From an uncultured Candidatus Rokubacteria bacterium (GTDB lineage: Bacteria > Methylomirabilota > Methylomirabilia > Rokubacteriales > CSP1-6): a DNA stretch of 64,000 nucleotides. The notes below the pieces were generated by a model. The model was not told the DNA's origin. It saw only the letters and a program-made list of their open reading frames with translations, and did no database searches. Made by a program: the position numbers and the translations under genes. Position 1 is the first letter of the stretch. Each line of letters begins with the position of its first letter. The stretch lies in assembly GCA_963758635.1 (NCBI GenBank), contig CAVWWD010000005.1:384001-448000 (forward strand). Direction: 5' to 3'. Below, piece after piece: positions 1 through 9,592 of the stretch.

Positions 1-2955
1 AAGAACCAGTATTCCGAGGGGTCGCGCGAGCCGCACAGCCCGAGCCCCCCGGAGGCGCGCGCAGGATGGGGCGCGACCCGGCACACCGTGTCGTCGTCGG
101 TCTCGAAGAAAACCTCCCCCGCCGCGTGCAGGAAGAGCGCGTTGGTGTTCCCGCCGATGGTGGGCCCGGGCACGCCCTGTCCGAACGCGAAGCGCGCCAC
201 GTCCTCGGGCACGCCGCCCTTGTCGACGAGGCGCCGCACGCAGGCGTCCTTCTCGGGCGCTCCCGCGTAGGACACGCGGGCGCCGTAGCGCGTCTTGAGC
301 GACCGCAGGACGTCCAGGTACTCGGCTCTCGCCCGCGGCGATCGGGAGTCGTCGCTCACCACGAACTCGACCGCGCGCCCGTGGGCGCGGCAGTTGTCCA
401 TGTAGCTGGCGAGGCCACGGCCGAGCGCCTCCACGCGATCGCAGGTCAGGATGCCGACCGTGGTGATCGGCGGGCCGGCGCCCGCTTCCGACGTTGCGTC
501 CGCGGCCAGCGCGCGGCGGCAGCGGTCGGCGAGGTCGCGGCGCGCCACGAGCACGCCCGCCGCGGCGGCATCCGCGAGCCGGCTCTCGATCGCCGCCGGA
601 TCGCCCCCGGACAGGCGCGCGAGACGACGCGCGTGCGTCTGCAGCGAGCCGAAGTCCGGGCACCGGACCGCGAGATCGGCGGTCGGCACGGGCAGCCTCG
701 CCCAGCGCCCCCGGCCCGACGACACGACCTCGGTGCCGGCGTGGGCCACGCCGCGCTCGAAACCGAGGCAGCGGTAGAGCTCGGCACGCTCCGGGAGCTC
801 CGCGGCGGCCGCACGCGAGGCGAGGCCCCGGTCGACGAGGCGCGCCGCGACCTCCTTGTCGGAGAGCCGATCGACCTCCGCCACCAGCGCGGCCACGCGC
901 TCGAGATCGCGCCCGCCCGCGCGCTCCCGGATCGCTCCGGCGAGTCGCGCGACCGTCGGCACGCCCGCGACCGCCTCCGTGGTCAGCTCCACATCGAGCG
1001 CGTCGGCCAGCCAGCGGGCCACGGCGCGGGACTCGTCCGGGCCCGCACCGAGCCCCGACAGGTCGTCCTCGGGCGCCACGCGCGCGACGCGCAGCTGCCG
1101 GGCCCACGCGGCGCCGAGCAGGTCTTCCAGCGCGCTCGCCGGCCCGGCGGCGGCCGGAACATGCCGTGCCTGCCGCCACCGCTCCACGGCCTGGAGCACG
1201 TGGGAGGCGTCGTGCAGCCCGCTCGCGATGCGCCGGAGCGTGGCGGGCGCCCGACCGGCCGTGGGAGCGCGCTCGGCCGCGGCCTCGTCGGCCGCCTCGG
1301 ACGGGACGGGCTCGCCACGCGCGGGCCGCGCGGCCACGGCCACCTCGGTGGGGATCGCGAAGCGAAGCCCGGCGGTCGTCTCCTCGCGGTACGGTCCGCC
1401 GACCTCGGCGAGGAACGAGAGCGCCGGCTGATTCTTCGCGGTGGGCGAGAACGGGAGGTCGACGACCCGACATCCGGACGCGGCGGCGCGCTCGGCGAGG
1501 TGCGCGAGGACATGATGCTCCACGCCCCGCCCGAGGGCCCGGCAGCTCATGAGCAGGCTGTCCACGACGAACCGCGGGCGCGGCCGGGGAGAAGATCGCC
1601 ACGCCGACGAGCCCGTAGTCGCCGAAGCGGTCGGCGACGCTCACCGTGAGGCACTCGAGGCCCGCGGCGTCGAGCCCCAGCACCTCGCGCTCGGACCGGC
1701 GGATCGTGGTGGTGTTGAACTGGTTGGTGCGCTGCGTGAGCTGCGAGACCCGCGCGGCCTGGGCCGGCGTCATCGCGCCGATGTCCACACGGAGGTCGAG
1801 GCCAGCCAGGAACGTCTCGAACGTCTCGGCGGCATCGCGCAGCCGCGCGCGCGCCGCCTCCTGGCGATAGAGCGTCGTGCGCTGCCGGTCCTCCGCGGTC
1901 AGCGCGCCACGGTCGAGCGACCACACGCGGTCGAGGAACGCTGGAATCTCCGCGGGCGCGGGCAACGGCAGGACGAGGACCTCCGGACACGCGGCCTCCA
2001 CCTCGGCGCACTGGACGGGGTCGTCGTCGATGAAGACGAAGCTGTCGAGGCCGAGGTTCAGCTCCTCGGCGATCGCGTGGATGTTCTCGGACTTCGGCTT
2101 CCAGTTGACGCGCCAGGACACGAAGTGCTCCCGGCGGAGCCGCATCCCGGGATGCCGATCGAGGACCTCCAGCACGTCGGCCTCGGCGTTCTTGCTGCAG
2201 AGGCACAGGAGCCGTCCCGCCTCGTGCTGGCCGAGCATGAACTCCTGGAGGGCGACGCGGGGGGCGTCCACGTGGACGCCGAGCGCGCCGTCCTCACCGC
2301 ACACCCCGGTCCACAGCGTCTGGTCGCAGTCGAGCACGATGACCTTCGCCGGGCGCGCGAGCGCGCCATGAGCGCGGCGCGCGAGCGCGGTGCCGAGGGC
2401 GGCGAACCCCGCCGGCGTGTAGGGCACGTGTCCGAGCGCGAGCCCCTGGGGATCGTGCATCGCTTCCGCGGCGAGCCCGCGCGCGACCTCGGCCGAGGGC
2501 ACCACCGACACGCCGGCGAGCCCGCGAGCGCCCTCGGCGAACCGGCGCTCGAGGGCGGCGACGTGGGCCGCGCGGGCGGGATCGGCGAGCGCCGCCGGCG
2601 AGGCGGGCGCGAAGCCCACGACCAGGGGCGAGCGCGCTCGCGCCGCAAACCCGGACACGGCGGCCTCGAGCTCGCCGAGCGTCCGGGCCGCCGCGTCCGC
2701 CGCGCTTCCCTGCCCGGCCGCGGCCATCCAGTCCTCGAGGCGCACGAGCACGACGTTGAGGCCGCCCGCGTTCGTGGACAGCAGGCTGGACGGGTTCAGC
2801 AGCTCCTGGAGGACCTGGTTGTAGGCGGCGAACTCCACCCGAACGCCGAGGTCGAGCGCTTCCATCCAGAAGGACAGGGAATCCCCTACGGGCTCCGCCG
2901 TGAACGTCGCGGCGACGGCAACAATTGGCGCGGACCGGGTCGATTTGTCGCTCAT
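1..2955 (-). CDS. Multidomain FkbH-like HAD-IIIC protein with GNAT-like region, degenerate carrier domain and GT-A glycosyltransferase-like domain (runs off left edge; one frameshift near 1575-1590)
   Basis: Manual translation from ATG 2955: VAATFTAEP, YNQVLQELL, KVIVLDCDQTLWTGVCGEDG, FVFIDDD, QLTQRTNQFN, DRFGDYGLVG; after a frame change LMSCRALGRGVE; distal VGILTCDR, FVVSDDS, GGNTNAL, FETDDD. Absent from the ORF track, apparently because no stop falls inside the window. Confidence 0.8.
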   Translation of the reverse strand, partial: MSDKSTRSAPIVAVAATFTAEPVGDSLSFWMEALDLGVRVEFAAYNQVLQELLNPSSLLSTNAGGLNVVLVRLEDWMAAAGQGSAADAAARTLGELEAAVSGFAARARSPLVVGFAPASPAALADPARAAHVAALERRFAEGARGLAGVSVVPSAEVARGLAAEAMHDPQGLALGHVPYTPAGFAALGTALARRAHGALARPAKVIVLDCDQTLWTGVCGEDGALGVHVDAPRVALQEFMLGQHEAGRLLCLCSKNAEADVLEVLDRHPGMRLRREHFVSWRVNWKPKSENIHAIAEELNLGLDSFVFIDDDPVQCAEVEAACPEVLVLPLPAPAEIPAFLDRVWSLDRGALTAEDRQRTTLYRQEAARARLRDAAETFETFLAGLDLRVDIGAMTPAQAARVSQLTQRTNQFNTTTIRRSEREVLGLDAAGLECLTVSVADRFGDYGLVGVAIFSPAAPAVRRGQPAHELPGPRAGRGASCPRAPRRARRRVRMSGRRPPVLAHREESAGALVPRRGRRTVPRGDDRRASLRDPHRGGRGRAARAWRARPVRGGRRGRGRARSHGRSGARHAPAHRERAARRLPRAPGRGAVAAGTACSGRRRAGERAGRPARRRVGPAAARRARGARGRPVGARCGPGRVPRRGPLAGRRARCGADHGGGRGRADGRATRRSDPGARGRARSRARGRAGGGGRSALRQGGRGAPRRPGPRLACGRRGAPGACRALPLPRFRARRGPRRHRGRVVGPGALGEAARADRRSRGPVPGLRLAADARASSRAPVRGRSGGDREPARGCRRGGRARGAPRPRRPLPPRAGRGRNVGSGRRPADHHGRHPDLRSRGGARPWPRQLHGQLPRPRARGRVRGERRLPIAAGESRVPGRPAVAQDALRRPRVLRGSAREGRLRAAPRRQGRRARGRGALRVRTGRARAHHRREHQRALPARGGGGFLRDRRRHGVPGRAPSCARLRGARAVRLARPLGILVL

Positions 2956-2998
2956 GTCCTTACTGCGACTGCGTGAGCTGGGAGTCGCGGAGTTTCTG

Positions 2999-3015
2999 AG
3001 CAATCCACACGCCAA
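2999..3015 (-). promoter_or_regulatory. Putative sigma54 (-24/-12) promoter of the FkbH-like gene
   Basis: Minus strand TTGGCGTGTGGATTGCT with exact GG-N10-GC spacing, about 45 nt upstream of the ATG. Confidence 0.55.
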
Positions 3016-3101
3016 CCACGAAACCGCATGGGGCAGGCACTTACAGCGCGCGCCAGTTACGGCTCTGCAGTTTTTTGGGCACCTACATACACATCCCGCA
3101 G

Positions 3102-3150
3102 TCTCCCCGGAAGGGGCGTGCAGAAGGTGCGCGGCCCTTCCGGAAGGAGA
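3102..3150 (-). terminator. Stem-loop directly after the moaA stop
   Basis: ccggaaggg ... cccttccgg inverted repeat; no clear U tract. Confidence 0.35.
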
Positions 3151-3156
3151 GGAGGG

Positions 3157-4180
3157 TCAGCCCCCGCGCGTGTGCATCTCCAGCCTGGGGTCCAGCTTGA
3201 GCGCGCCGATCTGGATGAGGGGGCCGCGGCGGGGCATGGCGAGCCGCGCCTCGGCCCCGCGATCGTCGCGGGCAGTCCAGCCCTGCCGGATCAGGGCGGC
3301 CAGCTCCGCCGCCGACGCGCCGGCGCGGAGCGGCCCGCGGAGATCGGTGCCGAGGGTCGCGTACAGGCAGAGGAACCACGTGCCGTCGGCGGTGAGGCGG
3401 CTCCGGTCGCACGCGCGACAGAACGGCTGGGTCGTGGAGGAGATGATGCCGAACACGAGCCCGTCGGCGAGGCGAAACCGATCGGCCGGCGCAGAGCCGT
3501 CCTCGCGCAGCGGCTCGATCCCTCCGTAGCGGCGCTCGAGGGCGGCCAGCACCTCGGCTCGCGACACGACCTGGTCCATCGACCAGCCAGTGGCGCCGCC
3601 CACGTCCATGTACTCGATGAACCGCACCTCCGCGCCGACGCCGCGGCTGTACTCGATCAGGTCCGCGATCTCGTCGTCGTTGACGCCGCGGATCACCACG
3701 GTGTCGAGCTTGAGTCCGCGCTGGAAGCCGGCGCGCCGCGCGGCCTCGATGCCCTCGAGCACGTCGGCGTGGTCGTCACGACGGGTGAGACGACGGAACC
3801 GGTCGGCCTGGAGCGTGTCGAGGCTCACCGTGAGCCGGTGCAGGCCGGCCGCGAAGAGCGCCGGCGCGCGGTCCGCGAGGAGCACGCCGTTGGTCGTCAT
3901 GGCGAGGTCGCCGATCGCCGGCTTCGCGGCGAGCATCCCCACCAGGCGCTCGAACGTCGCGCCGGAGCAGCGGCTCCCCGCCGGTGAGCCGGACCTTGTC
4001 GACGCCGAGGCTCGTGAACACGTCGACGAGCATCGACATCTCCTCGAACGTGAGGACGTCCTCGCGCGGCAGCCACGCGTACTCCTCCTCCGGCATGCAG
4101 TAGGCGCAGCGGAGGTTGCACCGGTCGGTGACGGACAGGCGCAGGTTGCGGAGCGGGCGCCGGAGGCGATCGACGATCAT
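3157..4180 (-). CDS. moaA: GTP 3',8-cyclase MoaA (frameshift near 3955)
   Basis: [43 protein letters not shown]-terminal GG; split across ORFs 3776..4303 and 3157..3942. Confidence 0.95.
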
Positions 4181-4185
4181 GACCG

Positions 4186-4491
4186 TCAGGGAAGCTCCAC
4201 GAAGACCTCGCCGGCCTCCACGCTCACCGGGAAGCACGCGACCTTGACCGCGGGGTTGTTGGCGTTCGCTCCCGTCGTCACGTCCCAGCGCCAGCCGTGC
4301 CATGGGCAGGCGACGAGCGGCCCGTCCATGTCGCCGTCGCCCAGGGGGCCGCCCCGGTGCGGGCAGGCGTTGTCGATGGCGTGATACGCGCCGTCCACGT
4401 TGAACACGGCGAGGCTCCGCCCGTTGGCGTCGATCACGCGCCCTTCCCCGGCGGGCACGTCGGCCGCGGCCGCCACTCTCACGCGAGGCAT
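4186..4491 (-). CDS. Rieske [2Fe-2S] ferredoxin (NirD-like)
   Basis: CPHRGGPL...CPWHGW motifs, 101 aa from ATG 4491. Confidence 0.9.
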   Translation of the reverse strand: MPRVRVAAAADVPAGEGRVIDANGRSLAVFNVDGAYHAIDNACPHRGGPLGDGDMDGPLVACPWHGWRWDVTTGANANNPAVKVACFPVSVEAGEVFVELP

Positions 4492-6233
4492 GGCCCCACC
4501 TCCTGACCGGCCGCGACGGCAGCCGGGATCTCGGCCCGTTCCCACTCCTTGACGAGGCCTGCCTTCTTCACGCCCACCTCGAAGTGGTCCCACGGCAGCA
4601 CCTCGTCGAGCCTCCGGGCGCGGCGGGTGTAGAACGCGGGATCGCCGTCCCACTCTCGGAGGGCGCGCCGCCAGTCGCCCTCGAGGCTCGCCGCCAGCTC
4701 GACGAAATCCGCCACCCGACGGTCGCCGCGCGCGAGCAGCGCCTGCAGCGAGGCCTCGCGAGGGTTCTCGTGGAACACGCGGACGGTCGACAACCGCCCT
4801 ACCGCGCGCTTGATGATCTGGAGCTTGCCCTCGAGGCCCCGGGGCTCCACGAACGGGGCCCACTGGAACGGCGTCCAGGGCTTCGGCACGAAGGACGAGA
4901 TGGACAGCGTGAGCTTGCCGAAGGGCTGCCCCTCCGGCCCCAGCACCTGGAGCCGCTCGAGCAGGCGCGCGGCGAGGCGCGGGATGGCCTCCACGTCCTC
5001 GTCGGTCTCCGTCGGGAGCCCGATCATGAAGTAGCACTTGAGGTTCGGGATGCCGTAGCGGCGCACGAGGTCGCAGGCGGCCAGGAGGTCCGCGTCGGTG
5101 ATCGGCTTCCTGACGGCCCGGCGCAGGCGCTCGGTGCCGGCCTCGGGTGCCATCGTCAGCGTCCGGTGGCCGCCACGGGCGAGCGAGGCCACGAGGTCCT
5201 CGGTCAGGCTGTCGGCGCGCAGCGAGGAGATCGACACTTCGAGGCCGTGCTCCTCGAGCATCTTCATGAGCTCGCCGATCCACGGGTAGTCGGACACGCA
5301 CGCGCCGACCAGTCCCACGCGCCGCGGCCCGCCGGCCTCGCCCGCGTCCCGCGCGAGCGCAGCCACGGAGGCGCGGAGCGACTCCAGGCTCCGATGCCGC
5401 ACGGGCCGGTAGATCTGGCCCTCGAGGCAGAAGCGGCAGCCGCGGCCGCACCCCTTGCCCACCTCGAGGAGCTGCATGTGCCCGTACTCGGCCTTGGGGC
5501 TCTTCACCGCCGAGATGGTCTCGAAGCGGTTCACGTCACGCAGCCGGCGCTTGGTCACGATCCGCGGCACGTCGGGGCCGACGGGCGTCGTGGCGGCGAT
5601 CGTGCCGTCGGCGGCGTAGGACACGTCGTACGCCTCCGGGACGTAGATGCCGGGCAGACGCCCGAGCGCGCCGAGGAGCCGCCCGCGCGCCTCGGGGTCG
5701 CCGGCCGCGTACTCGCTCCGGTACGCGGCGACGATCTCGCCGACCAGCTCCTCCCCCTCGCCGACCACCACGAAGTCCATGAACGGGGCCAGCGGCTCCG
5801 GGTTGGAGAACGCGCACACGCCGCCCATGAGGATCAGCGGATGCTCGGGCCCGCGCGCGCGGGCCCGCGTGGGAATCCCTGAGAGCTGGAGCAGGCGCAC
5901 CACGTTCAGGTAGTCGCCTTCGTAGGTCACCGAGAAACCGACCAGGTGGAAGTCGGCGAGGGGCCGGAGCGATTCGAGGGAAAACGGCGCGACCCCGGCC
6001 CGCCGGTGCTCGTCCACGTCCTCGGGGTCGGGAAAGAAGACGCGCTCGCAGACCACGTCCGGGAGCGCGTTCAGGTGCTGGTAGATCGTCTGGAAGCCCA
6101 GGTTCGACATGCCCAGGGCGTAGGTGTTCGGATACACGAGGGCCACGGAGATCCGTCCGCCCCAGTCCTTGCGGACGGCGCCTTCCTCGGTGGCCAGGAG
6201 GGCCTGGGCTTTCTTCTTGAGCGACCAGGACAT
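4479..6233 (-). CDS. Radical SAM protein with N-terminal B12-binding-like domain
   Basis: GCGRGCRFC motif; [43 protein letters not shown]. Confidence 0.85.
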   Translation of the reverse strand: MSWSLKKKAQALLATEEGAVRKDWGGRISVALVYPNTYALGMSNLGFQTIYQHLNALPDVVCERVFFPDPEDVDEHRRAGVAPFSLESLRPLADFHLVGFSVTYEGDYLNVVRLLQLSGIPTRARARGPEHPLILMGGVCAFSNPEPLAPFMDFVVVGEGEELVGEIVAAYRSEYAAGDPEARGRLLGALGRLPGIYVPEAYDVSYAADGTIAATTPVGPDVPRIVTKRRLRDVNRFETISAVKSPKAEYGHMQLLEVGKGCGRGCRFCLEGQIYRPVRHRSLESLRASVAALARDAGEAGGPRRVGLVGACVSDYPWIGELMKMLEEHGLEVSISSLRADSLTEDLVASLARGGHRTLTMAPEAGTERLRRAVRKPITDADLLAACDLVRRYGIPNLKCYFMIGLPTETDEDVEAIPRLAARLLERLQVLGPEGQPFGKLTLSISSFVPKPWTPFQWAPFVEPRGLEGKLQIIKRAVGRLSTVRVFHENPREASLQALLARGDRRVADFVELAASLEGDWRRALREWDGDPAFYTRRARRLDEVLPWDHFEVGVKKAGLVKEWERAEIPAAVAAGQEVGPCLA

Positions 6234-6435
6234 GCGATCCCCTCGTAACTATGCCGTCGTGTATACCGATCTGTCAGTGTAGCGCAATCGACAAGGGCGT
6301 CACGGCGTATCTGGGCGGCTGGTCGAGCGACGGCAAGGACGGCGGAGGCGCTGACCGAAAGCCCGGTGGCGCGACCGTCGGCGGCGAGTGAGTCGACCCG
6401 GGCGTCAGCGACCGGGGCGCGGCGCGAGGGCGGCG

Positions 6436-6870
6436 CTAGACTCCCATGATCTGGACGTCGATCGTCCGGGACCGGGGGCCGTCGAGCTCGGCGAAGATGA
6501 TCGACTGGAAACGTCCGAGGGCCAGCTCTCCGCCCGTCACGCCCACGGCCACGCTGCGGCCGAGGAGCGCGGCGCGGAGGTGGGAAGCGGCGTTGCCGCG
6601 CTCGCAGTCGGAGTAGCGGGGATCGTCGTGGCGGTAACCCCCTTCGGGGACGAGGCGCTCGACCATCGACTTGAGATCCTCCACCAGCGCGCCCTGGAAC
6701 TCGTTCACGAACAGCGCGCAGGTGGTATGGAGCGAATTGACGAGGATGATGCCGTCCTTCACGTCGGCGCTCAGCAGGATGTCGCGGATCTGCTTGGTGA
6801 TGTCGAGCACCTGCGTGCCCTTCTCGCTCAACATCGTGAAGGTCTTTCGGACCACCTTCATCGTCTCCAC
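6436..6870 (-). CDS. yjbQ: YjbQ/UPF0047 family protein
   Basis: HTTCAL, YRHDD...NAASHL, LGRFQSIIFAELDGPR; start GTG 6870 or ATG 6861. Confidence 0.85.
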   Translation of the reverse strand: METMKVVRKTFTMLSEKGTQVLDITKQIRDILLSADVKDGIILVNSLHTTCALFVNEFQGALVEDLKSMVERLVPEGGYRHDDPRYSDCERGNAASHLRAALLGRSVAVGVTGGELALGRFQSIIFAELDGPRSRTIDVQIMGV

Positions 6871-6921
6871 GTTGACGCCCTCCGTGGGCCTATGAGCCTT
6901 AGGGTTCACGGCCAGCGCTCC

Positions 6922-7011
6922 TGGTGCCGAGGGGGGGAATCGAACCCCCACGGCCCGGGCAGGGCCAGCGGGTTTTAAGCCCGCTGCGTCTCCCAGTTCC
7001 GCCACCCCGGC
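6922..7011 (-). tRNA. tRNA-Leu(TAA)
   Basis: Anticodon arm GCGGG-CTTAAAA-CCCGC, long variable arm, GTTCGA T loop, encoded CCA. Confidence 0.95.
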
Positions 7012-7035
7012 ACGACGGCGAGCACCCTGGAGGCT

Positions 7036-7111
7036 TGGAGGCGGCGAGCGGATTCGAACCGCTGAATAGAGGTTTTGCAGACCTCCGCCTTAGCCACTTG
7101 GCTACGCCGCC
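7036..7111 (-). tRNA. tRNA-Cys(GCA)
   Basis: GAGGT-CTGCAAA-ACCTC anticodon arm, GGTTCGAATCC, CCA end. Confidence 0.95.
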
Positions 7112-7158
7112 CTGTACGCCCCAAGGGTCCCGCGACGCGGGCCCCGAATCGGTTTCAA

Positions 7159-7233
7159 TGGAGCGGGAAACGGGATTCGAACCCGCGACCCCAACCTTGG
7201 CAAGGTTGTGCTCTACCACTGAGCTATTCCCGC
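7159..7233 (-). tRNA. tRNA-Gly(GCC)
   Basis: CAACC-TTGCCAA-GGTTG anticodon arm, GGTTCGAATCCC, CCA end; Gly-Cys-Leu order as in glyW-cysT-leuZ. Confidence 0.95.
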
Positions 7234-7264
7234 ACGAACGACACGCCGCCGAACAGCGCGGATC

Positions 7265-7293
7265 ACTGTAACAAAGGCCTCGCATGGTGTCAA
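7265..7293 (-). promoter_or_regulatory. sigma70-type promoter of the tRNA operon
   Basis: TTGACA-17 nt-TACAGT with extended TG, about 30 nt upstream of tRNA-Gly. Confidence 0.7.
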
Positions 7294-8321
7294 CGCACGG
7301 ACGCCTCGGGAACCTCGCCGCGCAGATACTTCGCCGCCACCTCGGGGGGCGTCGGATTGATGAAGAACCCCGTCCCCCACTCGAAGCCCGCCATCCGCCC
7401 GAGCGTGGGGATGATCTCGAGGTGCCAGTGAAAGTGGTCCAGGGCCCCGGTCTTGAGCGGACGCGAGTGGAGCATGAAGTTGAACGGCGGGTCGCCGAGG
7501 ACGCGGTTCATACCGCGCAGCACGTCTCCGAGCAGCCGGGCGAGGGCGGCAAGCCCGTCGGCCTCGATCTCCTCGAAGGCCGAGGCGTGATCCGCGGGAA
7601 GGATCCAGGTCTCGAAGGGGAACCGCGGCGCGAAGGGGGCCAGGGCGACGAACTCGCCGGTGTCCAGGACGACCCGGCCTCCGTCGCGGCGCTCCTGGCT
7701 CACCACGTCGCACCAGATGCACCGCTTCTTGATCCGGAAGTGGCGGAGCGCCCCCTCCAGCTCCTCCTCGACCATGATCGGGACGGTCGGGGTGGCGATG
7801 AGCTGGGAATGCGGGTGCTCGATCGACGCCCCCGCCCGCTCCCCGTGGTTCTTGAAGATGATCACGTACTCGAACCGGGGGTCACGGGCGAGGTCCCTGA
7901 TCCGATCCCGGTACGCCCCCAGCACGGCGGCCAGGTGCTCGGCCGGCAGGGTGGCGAGCGACGCCGCGTGGTCGGGCGACTCGATGATCACCTCGTGGGC
8001 TCCCACCCCGCTCATCCGGTCGTAGATCCCCTCCCCCGAGGGCTCCAGCTCGCCCTCGATCCGGAGGGCGGGGAACTTGTTGGGCACGACGCGCAGGGTC
8101 CAGCCGGGCGTGTTGGGGCCCGTGTCCGGATCTCGAACGGCGAGCACCTCGTCGGGCGTCCTCGGCTCGTTGCCGGGACAGAACTGGCAACTGGCGGGCC
8201 GCACCACGGGAGTCGCCGGCGCGCCGCTGGTGTGGCCGATGAAGTCCGACGGCCGCCGGGCGCGCTCGGTGGAGATGATCACCCACCGACCGACCACTGG
8301 ATCCTTGCGGAGCTCGGGCAC
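7290..8321 (-). CDS. galT: Galactose-1-phosphate uridylyltransferase
   Basis: ELRKDPVVGRWVII, CQFCPGNE, VPNKFPAL, GASIEHPHSQ; GTG start 8321. Confidence 0.92.
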   Translation of the reverse strand: MPELRKDPVVGRWVIISTERARRPSDFIGHTSGAPATPVVRPASCQFCPGNEPRTPDEVLAVRDPDTGPNTPGWTLRVVPNKFPALRIEGELEPSGEGIYDRMSGVGAHEVIIESPDHAASLATLPAEHLAAVLGAYRDRIRDLARDPRFEYVIIFKNHGERAGASIEHPHSQLIATPTVPIMVEEELEGALRHFRIKKRCIWCDVVSQERRDGGRVVLDTGEFVALAPFAPRFPFETWILPADHASAFEEIEADGLAALARLLGDVLRGMNRVLGDPPFNFMLHSRPLKTGALDHFHWHLEIIPTLGRMAGFEWGTGFFINPTPPEVAAKYLRGEVPEASVR

Positions 8322-8326
8322 GGCGC

Positions 8327-8544
8327 TCAGGTGTCCTGCGTGGTTGTGAAGGAATGCGGATTCCGACTCCGCCGAGCGGGCCAACACCGCGATTCTGCGT
8401 ACACACGCGGGGCCGTCTCGCCATTCATTCAGGTCTCCTGCACGGTTGTGAAGGAATGCGGATTCCGACTTCGCCGAGCGGGCCAACACCGCGATTCTGC
8501 GTACGCACGCGGGGCCGTCTCGCCATTCATTCAGGTGTCCTGCG
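8327..8544. repeat. Repeat family A: two tandem 102-nt units bounded by copies of the gpsA 3' end
   Basis: Near-identical units start at 8327 and 8429; tcaggtgtcctgcg at 8327 and 8531, variant at 8429. Confidence 0.95.
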
Positions 8545-9592
8545 GGGACAGGGCGTCCGCGGACGGCAGGGTGACGACCGGGTCCTCCTCGGGCCGCGGC
8601 TCCCGCGCGAGGAGGGCGGCCAGCGCGGCGGCGGCAGGTCGGCCCCCGAAGAGCACGGCGGAGACCGCCTCGCAGATCGGCATCGGCACCCCGACGCGCC
8701 CGGCGAGTTCGAGCGCGGAGGCGACGGTCTCCACGCCCTCGGCGACCATCGGGGTGGCGCGTTCGGCCTCCTCCAGGCTCCTCCCCCGCCCGACGGAGAG
8801 GCCGAGGCTCCTGTTGCGGCTCTGCCCCCCCGTGCACGTCAGGAGCAGGTCGCCGAGCCCGGCGAGGCCGGCGAAGGTCCGGGGCGATGCGCCCAGGGCC
8901 ACGCCGAGACGCGCGATCTCCGCGAGCCCGCGGGTGATGAGGGCGGCCCGCGCGTTGTCGCCCAGATCGAGGCTGTCGGACAGGCCCGCGGCGATCGCGA
9001 TGACGTTCTTGAGCGCGCCGGCGATCTCGACGCCCACGACGTCGCGGTTGGTGTACACGCGGAACTCCGGCGTGGCCAGCTCGCGTTGCACGCGGAGGGC
9101 GGCGTCCGCGTCGGCCGCGGCCACGACGAGGGCGGCGGGCTTGCCGAGGGCCACCTCGCGCGCGAAGGAGGGGCCGGACAGGACGGCGACCGGCCGGCCG
9201 GGGAGCGCGGCGCCGAGGACCTCGGACATCCGGAGCGTGCGGCGCCGCTCGATGCCCTTGGTGGCGGACACCACCAGGGCGGCGCGTGGCACCGAGGGGG
9301 CCACGAGGCCCGCGACCTGGCCGAGGAACCGTGACGGCACCGCGACGATCACGAGGCCGGCGTCGGCCAGCGCGTCGGCCGCGCGCGAGGTCGCGATGAC
9401 CCGCGCGGGAAGCCGCACGTCGGGCAGGTAGCGCGGATTCGCCCCGAGCGCCTGGATCTGATCGGCCCGGTCGGCATCGCGCGTCCACAGCCGCACCGGG
9501 TTGCCCCGGCGCCCGAGATGGACGGCGAGCGCGGTGCCCCAGCTCCCCGCGCCCACGATGGCGATCGACGCGGGCGCGTCGCGACCGGTCAT
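8531..9592 (-). CDS. gpsA: NAD(P)H-dependent glycerol-3-phosphate dehydrogenase
   Basis: GAGSWGTALA, SGPSFAREV, GALKNVIAIAAG, GLGDLLLTC, SRNR. Confidence 0.95.
   Translation of the reverse strand: MTGRDAPASIAIVGAGSWGTALAVHLGRRGNPVRLWTRDADRADQIQALGANPRYLPDVRLPARVIATSRAADALADAGLVIVAVPSRFLGQVAGLVAPSVPRAALVVSATKGIERRRTLRMSEVLGAALPGRPVAVLSGPSFAREVALGKPAALVVAAADADAALRVQRELATPEFRVYTNRDVVGVEIAGALKNVIAIAAGLSDSLDLGDNARAALITRGLAEIARLGVALGASPRTFAGLAGLGDLLLTCTGGQSRNRSLGLSVGRGRSLEEAERATPMVAEGVETVASALELAGRVGVPMPICEAVSAVLFGGRPAAAALAALLAREPRPEEDPVVTLPSADALSPQDT

Noticed and set aside
6922..7233. tRNA cluster as an island integration site
   Set aside because: No duplicated tRNA 3' end of meaningful length and no adjacent integrase noticed.
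7290..9488. 732-aa ORF as a GalT fusion
   Set aside because: The upstream part is an off-frame reading of gpsA plus the 102-nt repeats; GalT homology starts at GTG 8321.
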